Shown piece after piece: positions 1 to 14,720 of a stretch of DNA of 64,000 nt. The stretch is from Lingula anatina. Lineage: Eukaryota > Animalia > Brachiopoda. The notes under the pieces are model-generated. The model was not told the DNA's origin and ran no database searches. It was given only the letters and a program-made list of their open reading frames with translations. Each line of letters starts with the position of its first letter. Position 1 is the stretch's first letter. The position numbers were made by a program, and so were the translations under genes. Location: positions 36,289,967-36,353,966 of the forward strand of contig CM120640.1 in the NCBI GenBank assembly GCA_051362555.1. The letters are read 5' to 3'.

Positions 1-1483
1 AACTGTTCAAAACATTATTGTCACATTAATCTGCTATATATTTCACATTAATCTGCTATTATTCTTCACATTAATCTGCTCTATATGTGTAACTCAAATG
101 AAGATGCACTTGGAGACAAACTTGCATACCATATGACCAGTCAACCTTTCCCTGCACTCTGACAGTAGCCATCCAAACACATGCTTAGTACGTAGTTACA
201 TTCATTGTGGTTTCACACAACTTATACCAATTGTTTAGTAATTCTATTTATCTGATGCTGATTAATGCTCAAGAAATGCCATGGGTAAACCACTGCTGAT
301 GATGTTTATATTCATAATTCAAGGCCTCCAACTAAAGAAATCAGAGCTTTCCATTTATTCTTCCTAAAATAGATATTTCTTTAATAATAATAATTAAATA
401 ATAATAAAAAACATTCATCATCAAATGTATATGGTAGTAATAAAGTGAATAATTTCAAATGGGTCTTCAGATACTTGGGAAGAGGTTTATTAGTTAAGAG
501 ACACCAGAGGTACAGGCAATGACTAATTCTAATTAAATAACTGCTAACATGTAAATATTCAGGAAATAAATTTTAATAAAGTATCTTATTTGTCTCGGTG
601 CAATATCTGCTGATCCCCATGTATCACGGTTATAGCAAGATAAACTAGATACTTCCTACAGCAAGATGGATGTACTGCCATTGGCAAAAATCCCATATAT
701 CAGTATCCCACCTATCTGGCACAAAGCTGGATGTTGGCAGTACCTCACAAAATATAGAAAGGAATTCAGATTCATGCTGTTACAAAGAATGAATCCGTCG
801 ATGTGACGAGGGGAAACTGATATGATTTATGTGTATTTCTAATTTCTATCGTTAGACAACGTCAATGGTCCTAGGACTAAATCACCACAACGCAAAGAGC
901 TGTCAGTTGAACTGGAACGCAATCCTGGCTGTGCAGTGTTTGTCTTGTTCAACTTTCATTGTTATGGAATTTTTGCGTTCCTTTTTCAATTTGTCACTTC
1001 CGACACAAGCATTTAGCAATTATAATGACTAGTTTGTATTTCAGGTTATTCCCCTTATTCTTACATATCTAAATTGCATGGACACAAGTAACTCACTGCA
1101 GCAAATAATTCATGTCAGCTGCAGCGCCCACTTACCGAGATCTGCTTGCATTCACTTCCAAGTCTACGTCAACTCAAAATCTCGTCAACTACAGCTGTGG
1201 CCGCGGTCTATTGATTTTGACTGTGACACCGTTATCATTGCAGCAGGTGCGCTTCTCGGAACACCCGGATGTGTTTAATTAGAGGTGCTTTAGTTTTCTC
1301 TGTAAAATGAATGCAATTATCATAGCAACTAACGTGAAATCATGAATCTCGTATTCTCCAGTATTGTACTATATAATTACTTTGTAACAGAGATCATTTC
1401 AGGGCATTATATTGGATGTCCCCACACGAACCAATAGGATTTGGATTGTATTCGTTTCTGCGTGATTACAACATCATTTAGCC

Positions 1484-4400
1484 ATGGACGAGAGGGAACC
1501 AAGTTGTAATCCTGTGGAGCCGCTTCTTCAACAGGTATGAGGCGTCGACTAATTAAGATTTTGATTAAAGAATTTAAAGTATTCTTCAATTATCCTTCGT
1601 TAAAAAAATCATGGTTTATATTAGATCAGCCAGATTGATCTATTTGCCGGGTAAGGTGAATCGTCATGGGGGTAGATTGAGCAATGTCAATGTTTACACT
1701 GTGCTGGTGTGGCTCATTTAGTCCCAGGATATGGGTGTTGCCTGTTATCAAGATAACGCTGTACCCCTAGTAACTCACTTCAGTTAAGACCTTTGAACGA
1801 CATCAATGGCTTGTGAATAAATCGGCCTCAAACTGGATGTGTGTAATTTATTAAATTCATTCCTGATCAATCCACTCCCAAAATTCCAAAATGCTTCAAA
1901 GTTTTTGCCTCTGGTCTCTAATTAACTGTAGTGCTAAAATATGAACATCACAATCACTGTACAGTGTGTGGTGCAGCTTGGATTGTATCCTCCCCTAGGA
2001 AATGAATCAGTTTGAAAAAGAACAATGTCATAACAAAAACAGGTTTACAAAGAAAAGTCAAAAGATTTTGTTCAATTGCATTACCAGGCTTTAATTATTA
2101 AGACTTCTTGTGCATCACATGTTATCTAAGCCCCTGCAGTGGCACCAACTGGCAGGATGCATAATCCTGTGGATCAATGCAGAGCCTAATGGAGTATCGG
2201 GACTGGTAGATTGATTATAATGTACTGCAGTTTTCTTGTAGACTTATCTCAGATGTATAGAAATGAATATGGTGACTATTCCGCCTACACACACAATGAT
2301 TAAATATCCCTCCTGTTTTGATTGCATTGATATTTAATATAAATTAACTTACCAGAAAAGAGTTGACTTTGATATTTTGGAAAATGATGATTCAAATATG
2401 GGGATCTTTATTGGTTATTGCTGGTGTACATTGATTAGCTGTTTCATGTTCTGTTCATGTCCATAACAATGTACCCCTTGTATATTTTCAGGTAGATGAT
2501 GAAGATGAATTCAAGCCATATCCCACCCAACCAGACATGGGGGCGGCGGCACCCAGTATGCCCAGTGTACCCCCTAAAGCAGAACCCACCATGGATGAGA
2601 TGATGAAATATGACATCGTCAAGGCAACCCAGTATGGTGTGATAGAGAGATGCAAGGAGCTGGTGGAGGCAGGGTTTGATGTCAATCAAATGGACAGGGA
2701 GAACGTGTCTCTCCTGCACTGGGCAGCAATCAACAATAGACAGGAACTCGCCAAGTATGTAGATCATAGTAGATGGGTGTTTATAATATGGTAGATTTAA
2801 TTTGCGAGAGAGCACTACAAAATTTCTTCATGGTACTGACTAGATTGAAGTCTGGGCCCACCTCATAATAGTGACGATCTTGGATTTATACTTCAGTTTG
2901 CTTGTCAGCTAACACCTTTAAGGATTAAGTATGAACATTTATGCATAGGAATTACATTTCAAGATATTATTCATGTGACCTTTTCAGATATTATATCTCC
3001 AAAGGGTGCATCATTGATAAATTTGGTGGTGATCTGAACTCTACTCCCCTACACTGGGCCACAAGGTGAGATGGGAATGAAGATATAGTAGTGAGATTGA
3101 AACATCAAAATTATAGCCTGTAATATTTTTTGGTGAAGTGGGATAAAACTATATATTCGCTAAGATTGTAGTTAGACTGCTTTATTATTTATAAATTATA
3201 TTCACATAATATCTGGAGAGCAATTATCAAAATTTGAATATATTTTAACTTTACCAACAATTTATGAGAGTTATGGGGAAGATAAGTTTTATATTTACCA
3301 TGTTTTTACTGCCATATAATAAAGTTTAAGTTAAAAAAATGAAAAAAATTAATCTCTCTCTTTTAGACAGGGTCATCTTCCCATGATGGTGCAATTGATG
3401 TCATATGGCGCAGACCCATCTCTTAGGGATGGAGAAGGTGTGTAGAGATGTGGAACTTTAAAAACAGTCGATAAAAGTTATAAGAAGTAAAAACAACTTT
3501 TAGTGTTTGGAAAAGGACCGCAATTGCAATGCAGTGATAAGGGCTTTTAAGCCTATAGGGCTTTCATTTCTTTTTGTCTTACTAGTGTTTTTTTTATGCT
3601 TTGCCATCTTGTTCATGAATATGCTAGATGGAATGAATTTTTACATGATTGTAAATGATTTATTTCAGGCTGTAGCTGTATACATTTAGCTGCCCAGTTT
3701 GGTCACAGCAGTCTAGTTGCCTACTTGCTAGCCAAGGGTCAGGATGTGGACATGTTAGATAAGAATGGAATGACAGCTTTAATGTGGGCAGCCTACAGAG
3801 TTATTGGGTAAGTGAAAGAAAATAGTTATTATAATAGTGGAATGAACTTTATTTTTTTAATGAAATATTTTCCTTATGAGCCAAGATGGGCATGAGGCTA
3901 TAATGGTGCAATATGATGGTTTAAACACTATAGTGCTTGATATTATACACCGATGTCATGATCAGTTGCTAAACAAAATGTGTAAAAATTTTTTTGGTCT
4001 TTTTAATAAGTAGCTATTTAAGTATTGTTTGGAAGTTAAATTTTTATATCTTTTATGATTTATAAGAATATTTCACCGTGTTGGAAAAAAATTAGTATTG
4101 ATGAAGTAAATATCATGAAAAAACATAAACGATGCAAATTAATGTCCTTCATTTCAGGCCTGATCCCACTAGGCTACTGCTCAAGTTTGATGCGTCTGTG
4201 AATAAAACAGACAAGTTTCACCACAACACTGCCCTCCATTGGGCAGTCATGATAGGCAACAATGTGGTGGTGAACCACCTTGTAGAGGCTGGGATTAATC
4301 TAGATGCAGTCAATGCTAAGGTTTGAAATAGGATGTTTTGATAATTATAAATTTATGTGTCATGAACTACCAAAGCTTGACTTTTTTAAAATCATACCTG

Positions 4401-7400
4401 TTAATATGTGACAAGGGTTAAGGAAAGACATAGCTCAAACTTGTGAATGTGTGTAATAAAGATTACCCAATGTTTTGCTTTAAGATACTGTATGATTAAA
4501 AATTAAAGGTAAATACTGCTTTTTTGAAGGGAGAAACAGCTTTAGACATTGCAATTACCAAAAAGAACCACTGGCTGGTGAAGAATCTTCGTAAGGCAAG
4601 AATAGAAAGAGGATATGATAAATCAAATTGTATACAGACATATGTTCATGATAAGGTGAGATTTAAGTAGATGTTGTCAGGAGAGATGACTGAAAAAAAC
4701 AAAAGCTGTAAAAATACAGAGTCTAATCCTTTTTAAACTTCATTATATTTCACACTTTATTAATTTCACCAATCCTTCAGTCAATTTTATTGCTTTAATT
4801 ACAAATCATTTCATCAGCAGTTGTTGCCAGCAGCTATTTTATTATCTAGGTTTTGTGCAGGGATCTGAAGTTCAAGGCATGAAGATAATGCTCTATTTTT
4901 TTTAATCTGTGAATTTCAGGCTACAAGAAGACGTGTGATCTGGACATTCCCTTTCATCATGCTCTTCCTTGGAGGTGCCATATTTGAACTGGACTGTTCG
5001 TGGTGGTTGAAACTGGGTTTCTGCATACTTACATTTCTGTTTTATAAAGGCGTAACTAGGTATGTATATAACTTGAACACGGCCTACTGTAGCATATGAA
5101 TCGACTTTCATTTTCTTTCTTTTTTTTTTTCAAAGAAAATTTTAACTTGATGTTTGAAAGTAAATGAGATGATATGAAAATTTATCTGAATATGGAATTT
5201 GTGATGGCTGTAAGCATCTGAGCCTTGACTGGAGAAAAACAAAGGACAAAAAAATTCACAGAATAGTTGTATTTATTTGAAGAATGATACATGCATTACT
5301 ACTTGATCAAGACTATGTCACTGACTCTTACAGCAAAGTTTTGCCTGAACAACCATCTTTCTGTATTTCAGCCTGTTCTTTGATGACCGTGCATGGACAA
5401 TAGAAGCACCTGTTGCTGTCTACTTAGCAACCAAGCTGTGGATGCATGTCACGTGGTTTGTCTACTTCTGGCCATATATCCTTTGTGTTAAGATATTTAC
5501 TATGTACAGTGGTTACTGTATTATTCTAAACTGCTTTGTAAGGACTAAGGTATATTTACATGGAAAGTGTGCATTTTAAATGAGAGGGAGAATGTTCTGT
5601 TTAATCCATCCTTTGTTGCCAGGCCATCTTTGTTACAAGATAATTCATAACTTTGCTGTACTTAAACAAGAAAATTTTTTATTTTCTCCTTTCTATTTTT
5701 TCCTTTAATTTCCCATTTCCCTTTTATCTGAAGGTATATTTTAACATGATGCCCTGGATATAGAATAATTGACCATATTTACCGGTGTAAAAGTACTTGT
5801 AGATCATATATTAGACGTACAGCATGTAAATAAATAAAAAAATTAAGATAACAGGAAACAATAAATTTGAACAATACGTCTCTTTCCACAAATGATTTAC
5901 TTAAAAATGTGCTAGAAATCTTATATACTGTAACATCACAAAAGGTAATGAATGAATGAAAATGCATCAATTTTCTTAACCTTTCGCACATGTGAACAGG
6001 TTCACAATACAAGTTATGTTCACCTGTAATACACTGGCTCTGACATACTACTTCTGGAAAGCAGTAAGGACAGACCCAGGCATTATTAAGTCAACCAGGG
6101 AAGAAAGGATCAGGGTAATGATAAAAAATCTGTGTTGTCATAAATTTTTTTAAATTATATTTGAATACCAAGGTGTCTTATTCTGTTTGAAAGGATTACA
6201 AACAATTTGGAAGCTAAAGTCTGATTTGCATCATTTTCTATCATAATTCCTTTGAATGCATTTAAACATATGTATCTATGATAAATATTTATTTTTGCAT
6301 AAGATCTATAGCTACATTGTGTTTTTTAAAATGATCTGTAATATTTATGAATATTAATGATATTTATTTACTAACAAATATATTAAATACCTGTTACTCT
6401 TCAGGTAATATTAGAATATTCTGAGCTGCAGGCCTTTGATTTGAATCAGTTTTGTGCCACATGTATACAGAGGCGGCCAATAAGATCAAAACACTGCTCT
6501 ATATGTGATAAATGTGTCAGCAAATTTGACCACCACTGCCCTTGGATATACAACTGTGTTGGTATGTATACTGTGATTGTATATTGTGATATGATTAATA
6601 TCATTTACTCATTTTTCTGTCAAGTACTTACTACCGAATGACATTTTAGTGCATGCTTTTACATGTTTTACTGTATCTAAAGGAAGTGAAAGAAGTAAAT
6701 GTGATTTTTGTTTTAAAAGTTGGTTATTTAATCGGTGAAAATTGAGTCATTTGTTAAAAATACAACAGCAAGAAATATCTGTTGGTGTGATCTGTGCTTA
6801 GCCCTGAATTGATACTGCTGATGTTGTGAACTTCATGTACACTGTTAATTATGAGTGTCTTATATCTGTCCTAACTTGACAAATGCTGAATATTCTCCTT
6901 GATGATGAATATAAAATCAGAACAATTATTGGAAGAAATAAACTTTGCAGTCACATTTAGAAATTATCTACTATTTTCCTCAAAGTTTGTATTGTCTTGT
7001 TAATTTTTTTATTTTGAATTTATTCCAGGTGAAAGAAACCACAAGTATTTTATCTCTTATCTCTTCTTTCTCGTGGGGATGATCTCCTGGTGTTTGTTTG
7101 GCTGTGGACTCTGTAAGTATCATTTATACTACATTTTTAACTACCATTCACCATGCTTTTGATTAAGGAAACCCATATTTTCAATTGTAACTTCCTGTAA
7201 CCTGTAACACTTATGAACACTCCGAATCATTTGTCAACCAACAAGAATCATACCGAAACTGCTCTCAGTAAAATTTTGATTTTATTCATTGTGAAAATTT
7301 ATATACAATGCCTGTGTATTAAATTCCTAACTTGGATGTTTTTAGACTGGCATCACAATGTGAAGTACAGCTGGGAAGATGATGGGATTACTGGTATAGC

Positions 7401-10400
7401 CTGGAAACTGATGAAGGCGTCTCCCTGGGTGTTCTGGATAGCTATGAATGCAATGTTTCATGTACTCTGGGTTGGGATGCTGCTGATATGCCAGCTCTAC
7501 CAGGTAGATCTAGAGGGAATGTACAGGAGAATATGTTTATTTGTTTCTTACAAGGGAGAAAGTAAGATATAAGAGTCTTGCAACATGCTAAATTGATATC
7601 TTAATGAGGAACCTGTTCCATTCCGAAATTTAAATCTGCGTGTACATGTAACTGTCAAAATTAAAGTGACATTTTAAAAACTCTCCAGTAATTGTAAAAT
7701 TGGAGACTGGTTTTATATCAGTTATAATTATATAGAATGTTGATTTGATGGATATCAGAAAAAATGATCCCAATTTGTGGATTTTTTTTCAGGCCGTTTG
7801 GCTGGGTGAAACAACCAATGAAAGACTAAATATCAATAGGTATAAACATTTCCATACAGAAAAGAAAGGACAGTTTGTCAGCCCGTTCGAGTAAGTACAA
7901 TACTACCCGTCAGGTTTTTCATTTGATTATTTCAGCTTTCTTATATATTTTGTCTCTTTAGGTTTTGTCTTAATTTAACTCTCTTGGCTTTAGATGTGTC
8001 AGTTTTCTTCCAACCCTCTTTTGTCATTCTCTGTATTTTTTATATTTCATCTTCAACTTAAGCTTAATATGCACAAATTTCACAGATCTCAGCAGCTCAG
8101 TTCTGTTCTGATGTAAGAGTAATTAGAAATTATGATCCAAGGATTTAATTCTCTTGACTGAATGTTTCTACAGTGATGAGGATGAGGATGAGGAGGATTC
8201 ATTTGTTTACAAGCCACCGCGGTAATTATTAACTGCTTCCTAACCATGTGTGTTTGTTGGGCTATACAAGAATAGAAACACAAACAATACTGTCAGACTC
8301 AACCAAACACTTGTTCAAAATGTCCCTTTTTTCTCAAACGAGGCAATTGACAAGTTAGATGTAATGTAAGGCTTTCCCTGAAGAGCTTTCCAGTCATCAT
8401 TTGGACGGCCAGTTTCCTCAGGAAACTCATTTTTTATGATGGCTAGACAGCTTACTCACTTAATGGTACTAAATTTTGGGGATGTGATGGCTTGATTTGC
8501 CAGTGCAGGTGGACGACCCAAAAAATTCCTGGGAGGTATTTTGACATACCCAACTTATGTGATGTTCCTCTAATTACACATGAAATATACAGTTTAAATT
8601 GAAAAATGAAATAAAGATGGACAGGTAAACAAAATGCTACCTTGTGTCTGAGGCTGCTCTGCTCAGATTGCTTTGAGCAGATGTTGCATTGTCAGAGACA
8701 GAGGTTAGAGTAAGTTTATATGAAGTCTGTGCACATTTTTTTTAATGAAACTGGTTAAGTGTGTCATTTATGTGTACCCTCCTAAAATTTTGTTGTCCAC
8801 TATGCAACCTGGCTTACACTGACTGAGTACAAGTTAAAATTTCCAAAACTCATGGAACCTCCCTCTTTTCCTTTGGTCAGACTCCTGTTTCAGTGCTCCA
8901 CAATAATCGACAAATAGTTCTCCTCTTCATTAAGCATGATTGTAACTGTTTTGATCTCTAGTGATACAAGTCAGGCATAAATAAAAAAATTGGCTTTATT
9001 TAGATCCCTATGTGGCAGTTAATTTGTATTGTGTAATGTTGGTCATGTTGTAGTTTTAACTAATATTCTAACTGTAATGAAATTGATTCCATTCCATTCC
9101 ATTCCATTCCATAATGTACAATGCACTATGCACAGTTTCAGTTAGGAAAACATTGTTGCATTGTCACATTTCCATGCATGTAAGAACTTATTTGAGGACA
9201 TTCTCAACCTGACATGCATGTTGGACCATAGTACGTCTGTGCATTTGATTTTGATACATATCATTTCATTTTGGAACATGTTTTAAATATTTCTTATAAG
9301 TTTTCATGCTTTTATACAGTAATGATATGTTGGAATGTAGAAAACCATTGTGAAATAAATCAGTTTAAATTTGCTTAATTGTAATGAAAAATTGTTAATG
9401 AAATTGTAGTATGATCATTAGAAGTGACAGTGCTATATTGTTATACTATTGAAATGTACAAAAAGAAAAAGGCAAGTAATTTAAAAAAACAACGTAACCC
9501 CATCCTCCCACTCAACATTTTATTTATTATTTTTTTTTTTTTTGAGATGGTGCCCCTGAATTTTTTTAAAGAAAAAATAGAGAATACACATACTTGATCA
9601 ATTTCATAATCTGAGACACTTGACCTTTAAAATTCTAAACAATACGTTGTAAACATGCCTTAAAAAAGACTACTCACTTACTGGATTGTCCTATCTAGAC
9701 TGTGATGTTAAATCATTGGTGGGTTTAAGAGGCAACATATTTTGTACTTTTTTTGTTGCTTTGTTCATATTAAGATGGCATCTGGATATGAATTTCTAAC
9801 AAAGGGTCAGTCTGCTGGGGCATAGTCGTACTAATTGCTAATTTGTGAAGAAGTAGTGGGTTTGTGTAAAGAAATACAAGGAATATTTCTTAACTTGAAC
9901 CACAACTCAGAAGATCACTAATTACACTTAGGCAATAATCTTTGGAAATATTCTAGTTCTCATTCTAAAAAAAGAATTTGTACTTTTAGGAATTTGTGAG
10001 AATTTTGGTATTGATTTGCAAATGATCAATGCCATTCTTTACTTTTCATAGTATATGAATTATGGGGCTTAGTTTGCAAGGTCATTATTGTTTTTATAAT
10101 GTGTCATGTAGATATCATGTTTGTTTTTTTGCTTCTTTTATTATGTTTATTTGATACTTTATGCTTGGCAATAATTGCTGAGTGGTATTTACACTGAATA
10201 TTTCTTTTAGTGAACAAATATAGTTTGATGCACTAAGTAATGAAAATGAATGAGTTCTACTTAAATACTGTAAACATTTTGAAATGCTGCATGAAAGTTG
10301 AATTTGCAGTAAACACCATATTTTCTGTCCTTGATATGTGGATTAAGATGGTGATGTTTTGACATGACTTGTTTTACATCGAGCTCTTCTTGCATGAATT

Positions 10401-10798
10401 ACCTTATGCAGCAGGTGACTTATCATCTTTGTAAAGTATATAATGTCTTAACCAAACTTAGATAATAGACCATGCCTTTCGACATCAAATAAATTCAATT
10501 TTTGCCTTTCATGTTTTATTATAAATATTTTCCCACTGTTCATTTCGCAGTGTAAGAAGACTTAATTTACAGAGGATTTCTAATTAATGAAAATGAGAAT
10601 TACTAAAAGCTGTTTTTTTCCCTCTTCAGTCGCGGTGTCATCAAGAACCTTATTGATGTGATGGGATGGCGATGCATGGGTCTGTGTCGTCCTGATCCAA
10701 CAGACTGGTCGAAACAGTTTGAACTTCCTAATGCCCCTCCAAAGTCCTTAAGGACAGCAAAGTTTAATGTAGCAAGAGACAACTACCAGTATGTGTGA
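1484..10798 (+). CDS. ZDHHC17: Ankyrin-repeat DHHC palmitoyltransferase (HIP14/ZDHHC17), ~641 aa, 15 coding exons
   Basis: Exons joined in frame: 1484-1534 (gccATGG start), 2492-2754, 2988-3065, 3367-3437, 3669-3807, 4158-4320, 4530-4655, 4920-5059, 5372-5475, 5990-6114, 6405-6561, 7029-7112, 7346-7503, 7793-7890, 10630-10798 (1926 nt). Ankyrin motifs ([44 protein letters not shown]), DHHC-CRD ([31 protein letters not shown]), TTNE motif, C-terminal YQYV. The first exon is the least certain. Confidence 0.93.
5476..5989 (+). other. U12-type (minor spliceosome) AT-AC intron in ZDHHC17
   Basis: 5' site ATATCCTTT at 5476; branch-site-like TTTTCTTAAC at 5971-5980; terminal AC at 5988-5989. Splicing gives continuous frame ...YFWP-Y-VNRFTIQ...[12 protein letters not shown]. 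Confidence 0.9.
9086..9111. repeat. (ATTCC)n pentanucleotide microsatellite
   Basis: About five tandem ATTCC units in the last ZDHHC17 intron. Confidence 0.85.
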
Positions 10799-12418
10799 AA
10801 CTGCAAGCTGGCCACTGGGCAAGGATTATAGGTTTTTTATTTCCACAAACATAACAAAGAGGAAAAAAACAAAATGCAAGATCTATTACAGTTACCAGAC
10901 AGATGAACTTATTTCAACATGTGTATGTATTATTTCAAAAGTTGACATAGGTTTTTTTTTTCCCTGAGAAAAGTCATGCTCAGGAAAAAGTCCTAGGAAG
11001 TGGCTTGGGAGTATTATGTGAAAAAATCTCTATGGGACTGAAGCTATTGATAATTAAAGGATACTCGATAAATCAAACCAAAGAACTTCAGAAGTTGTGA
11101 ATGTGTATTAAGTTCCTTCATGCTTGTGATAAAGAGTATTGGTATTCAATTTGCTGTAGCTCTGGACTACAAGGTTGAGTTTTTAAGGAATAAGTGTGAT
11201 ACAAATCATATCAATTTTTGTATCGAATTTTTTTTTTCATATTGGCTTAATCAAATGGGATGTTTGCCAATCATGTTGAAGCTACCAGCAGAGGTCACTG
11301 TTTTACTGTATTTTGATAATTATTTGATCAAAATGAACATGCTTTCTATTGATATCTGGACCCTAAGTCCGTGTGTTCAGGAAAACCATATTTGGAGTTT
11401 TATGGGCACTATATATTTCTCAAATTGGGGAATCTGTGGTTTTAACTTAAACTGTTTAGTATTGTGTACAAGATACATCCATAATTATTTTTAGGAAAAA
11501 GTTTTGCCCATTAAATATGTTGCTATACACTATGCTTACAGTTTATCATTTTGAAATGGTTAGTTATTATTTTTAAATGATAAATTGACAATTTTTTAGA
11601 TTTCAAATATCATCCGTATATCACTGAACAAAATGTTAAGAACTCTCTCTCTCTCTTTCACTCTCATAAGGTCAAATGCCCTGTCTGTCCATGTGTCGTG
11701 TTCCATGCTGATTGTATATTGTTGGTGTGTGCCAGTCTTCATTTAATTGCTTGTATTACAGTACTCAAGATATGTGTTTCTTTTCAGTTATGATTAACAT
11801 AAAATAAATATCCTTGTTTTAATTGCTTTGTAGAGCACAGTATATGGAAAATATTTGGGCATATTCATATATCATAGATATATTGTATAACAGTTAAAAG
11901 GACATTTTATATGAAGTGCTTAAAATCTTAAATATCCCCGACTTTCATAATTGCACTTTGTTGATAATCTAGATGTTTTAAACAATTCAGTGTTAATTAT
12001 GTCACAGCGATTTACATGTTCAACTACTTGAAGATGATAATTATCTTGTCCACATTTTAGTCATTATAAAGTTCATGCTCTGAATAAAACAAAATGATCC
12101 ATGGATTTGATAATTGGGTGTGGTAGATTTTTATAATAATGTGACTATAAGTATACCACTGATTTAACAGTTAATAATAATGTCAAAAAAGTGATACTAA
12201 GTAATTGTTGATTTTAAGTTACAAGATTGGTTTATGAAATTTGAATTTAATAGTATTATATGCTTATTCAAGATGAAGAATTAAATATGAGAGCTTTTTA
12301 TACTTTTTTTTTTTTTACTGTGTTAGACATATAATCTTCATGTTGGTTGCCTCGTGTTGTATGAAATGCCTTTATCTATTTTGTTTGAATGTAAATGTTG
12401 TAAAGTATTTGAAAATAC

Positions 12419-12466
12419 AATAAACACTGGGATAGTGTGCTAATTTAAATAGCTTTTCATAATAAA
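12419..12466 (+). terminator. Candidate polyadenylation signals of ZDHHC17
   Basis: AATAAA at 12419-12424 and 12461-12466 after ~1.6 kb of AT-rich putative 3' UTR; the motif is frequent by chance here. Confidence 0.3.
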
Positions 12467-14720
12467 TATTGTAAGATTCCAGCCTGCCTCCTCTTTTCCC
12501 TCTTTTCTTTGCCAAATCATACACACTGCCCAGGGAATTAGTATATGTAAACTATTGACCAACTGGTCATATTTTTTTTAGTCCATGAAGAATGTACTAT
12601 AAATAATTTTGCTTCATTATCATTTCCTTGTTTCTTCCTCCATTTTGTGTCTAATATTTGATAGTCTCTGATACAGAGACAATAAGTTGTGTTCAGCACA
12701 ATATAAAAACAGGATGAGTATAGGACTCGTTCCCAATGAATCTATCCTTCTATGTAGATCAATCCAATTCCACAGGGACTCTTGCTGAATGCAATCAGTT
12801 AAATTAACACCTTAAGGATGTGGGATGTAAAAAGTTGATTCAAATATGTTAGATTGTTCATAAAAGATTAGACCATTCCGATATTTACACTACATAATCA
12901 CCATTATAGCAGAGGTGACTTTGGTTATGCTGTGAAAAGTTTTTATCTTTATTGCTTTAGACATTTTTGAGCAAGTCAATTTTTTAGTAAAGAGCGTGAT
13001 ATAAAGACGAAAGAGTGTTGAAGCATACTTATCTATGGTGCAGTGTGAAGACTTATAGTTCAAGAACTAAGTAATGAAACTATGCAGAAAAAGCATCTGA
13101 AATTAATGTGTAGATATCTTAAAATAAATGATAAAGCGATTGCCATCAAGTACAAAAAAAAATCATTGTTTTATTTCAAGACAAAATTTTATTACTGCCA
13201 ACAGGACATGCCAACAAAATGTACACTTAATCAAGATATCGAGTATCATTATTTTATAATATGCAAATTAAAAGGAAAACTTATTCTTCATATGAGATTC
13301 AGAATTTCACAATAAATAAATTGTAAACAACCCATAGAAATATAGTCTAACAAATTCCATTATACCACCAAAATGGCAGTTATCGTGCTTTTCTTGCCAA
13401 AATGATGAGTTATTGTCTTTTTAAGATACCCAAAATATAAAAATTCAGGCATGCCGTATTGCTAATATGTACACTTTGCCAAAAAAGTTCAGAAATATAA
13501 AATAATCATTTGAGCTAAGGTAAATATTTTAACCAAATATTGATGGATAATGCACCCACTAATTGCTACTTTTTTATATACACTTCATATGATTGGATTG
13601 AAGCTGAGAATGGATGATGCTTGTACCATGTAACTTTTAACGCAGTTACAACATGGAGTTGTTTCATTCTTTTCTGTGTACAGAGAAAAGACATAGAATC
13701 TGGGAATCTCCATAGCAGTTTTACAGTTATTCAATGACGTGAGCCCATTGTGCCCAACTCCTGGGGGGTTTATTATAAAGGGTTATTTAATCTATTGTGG
13801 GGGTCAGGATGGTCATAAAAAAGGGTCCTCATACCATTGCTGTTACAGTGCTGAGAATGTTCCCAGATTCAAAGAGGATAATGCTTATTGCCTAATCCTA
13901 AGCATATTCACAAGTCCAACTACATGTACCCTACACCAAGATATGCACATCTGCCTGCAATACCTAGGGACCAGGTCTTTTTGGGCAGACAGACCATGTA
14001 AAGGAATCCATCTCCTAATTATATAAACAGGCACCAGCTGGAGGTACTCCTGGAGGAGTGGAACGAATCTCACAAGAAGTAATCCAGTGATGCATGTGTC
14101 AATATGCAAAAAGGTCATATTCCATACTAAGCCTGAGGGATTCCAACAAATCTCTGAGTAATAAATCTATCTTTAACACATTGTTCTCTCTTTAAGTTTA
14201 TACATTTAGATGTTGTAAAATGTCCTATTATAAGTATATATATAATAATTATAATCTATCAACCATTTTCTCTTCTCTACTCTTCTTTCCACATTATACA
14301 CTTACTATATTATAGGTAAAACACTTCACTAATTGTATTATATTGTAGTCGTGTAATCTTTTAGTGAAGAAAAACATGATACAAATTTGATCCTGGCTAC
14401 TTATATTACACCTGAAAATCACAAAAACAAAAAATACAAAATACTGGGGGAGGGGAAGGGGGTAGTTAAATGCCTAGGTACAACACCTGCAAACAGGTTA
14501 TTTGTTTAGCCTATGGCACTTATCTCAATGCTAACTGTACCCCCCTCCTCCCCCAGCCTACATTCCTGTAAATGATACTGACATAGCTCAGAGTTCATCG
14601 TCTTCTCATTAACATTGCCAGAAGCTCTTAAACTTGTAAGCTCTTCATACTTCTCTTCCAAATAATACTTCATGTGAAGTTCAAATTTACACAAGTCCTA
14701 CATGTGACAAACTAGGTGTA

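Noticed and set aside
1484-10798. ZDHHC17 as an acyl-transferring member of the PKS cluster
   Set aside because: It is a conserved housekeeping protein S-acyltransferase with its own 5' end, tail-to-tail with PKS-A and outside the duplicated block; nothing in the sequence links it functionally.
11120-11494. 124-aa ORF downstream of ZDHHC17
   Set aside because: It lies in the AT-rich putative 3' UTR and has no recognisable motifs or splice support.
13640-14170. Coding-looking stretch with short ORFs on both strands
   Set aside because: No continuous frame or identifiable domain; probably a decayed repeat that cannot be assigned without a search.
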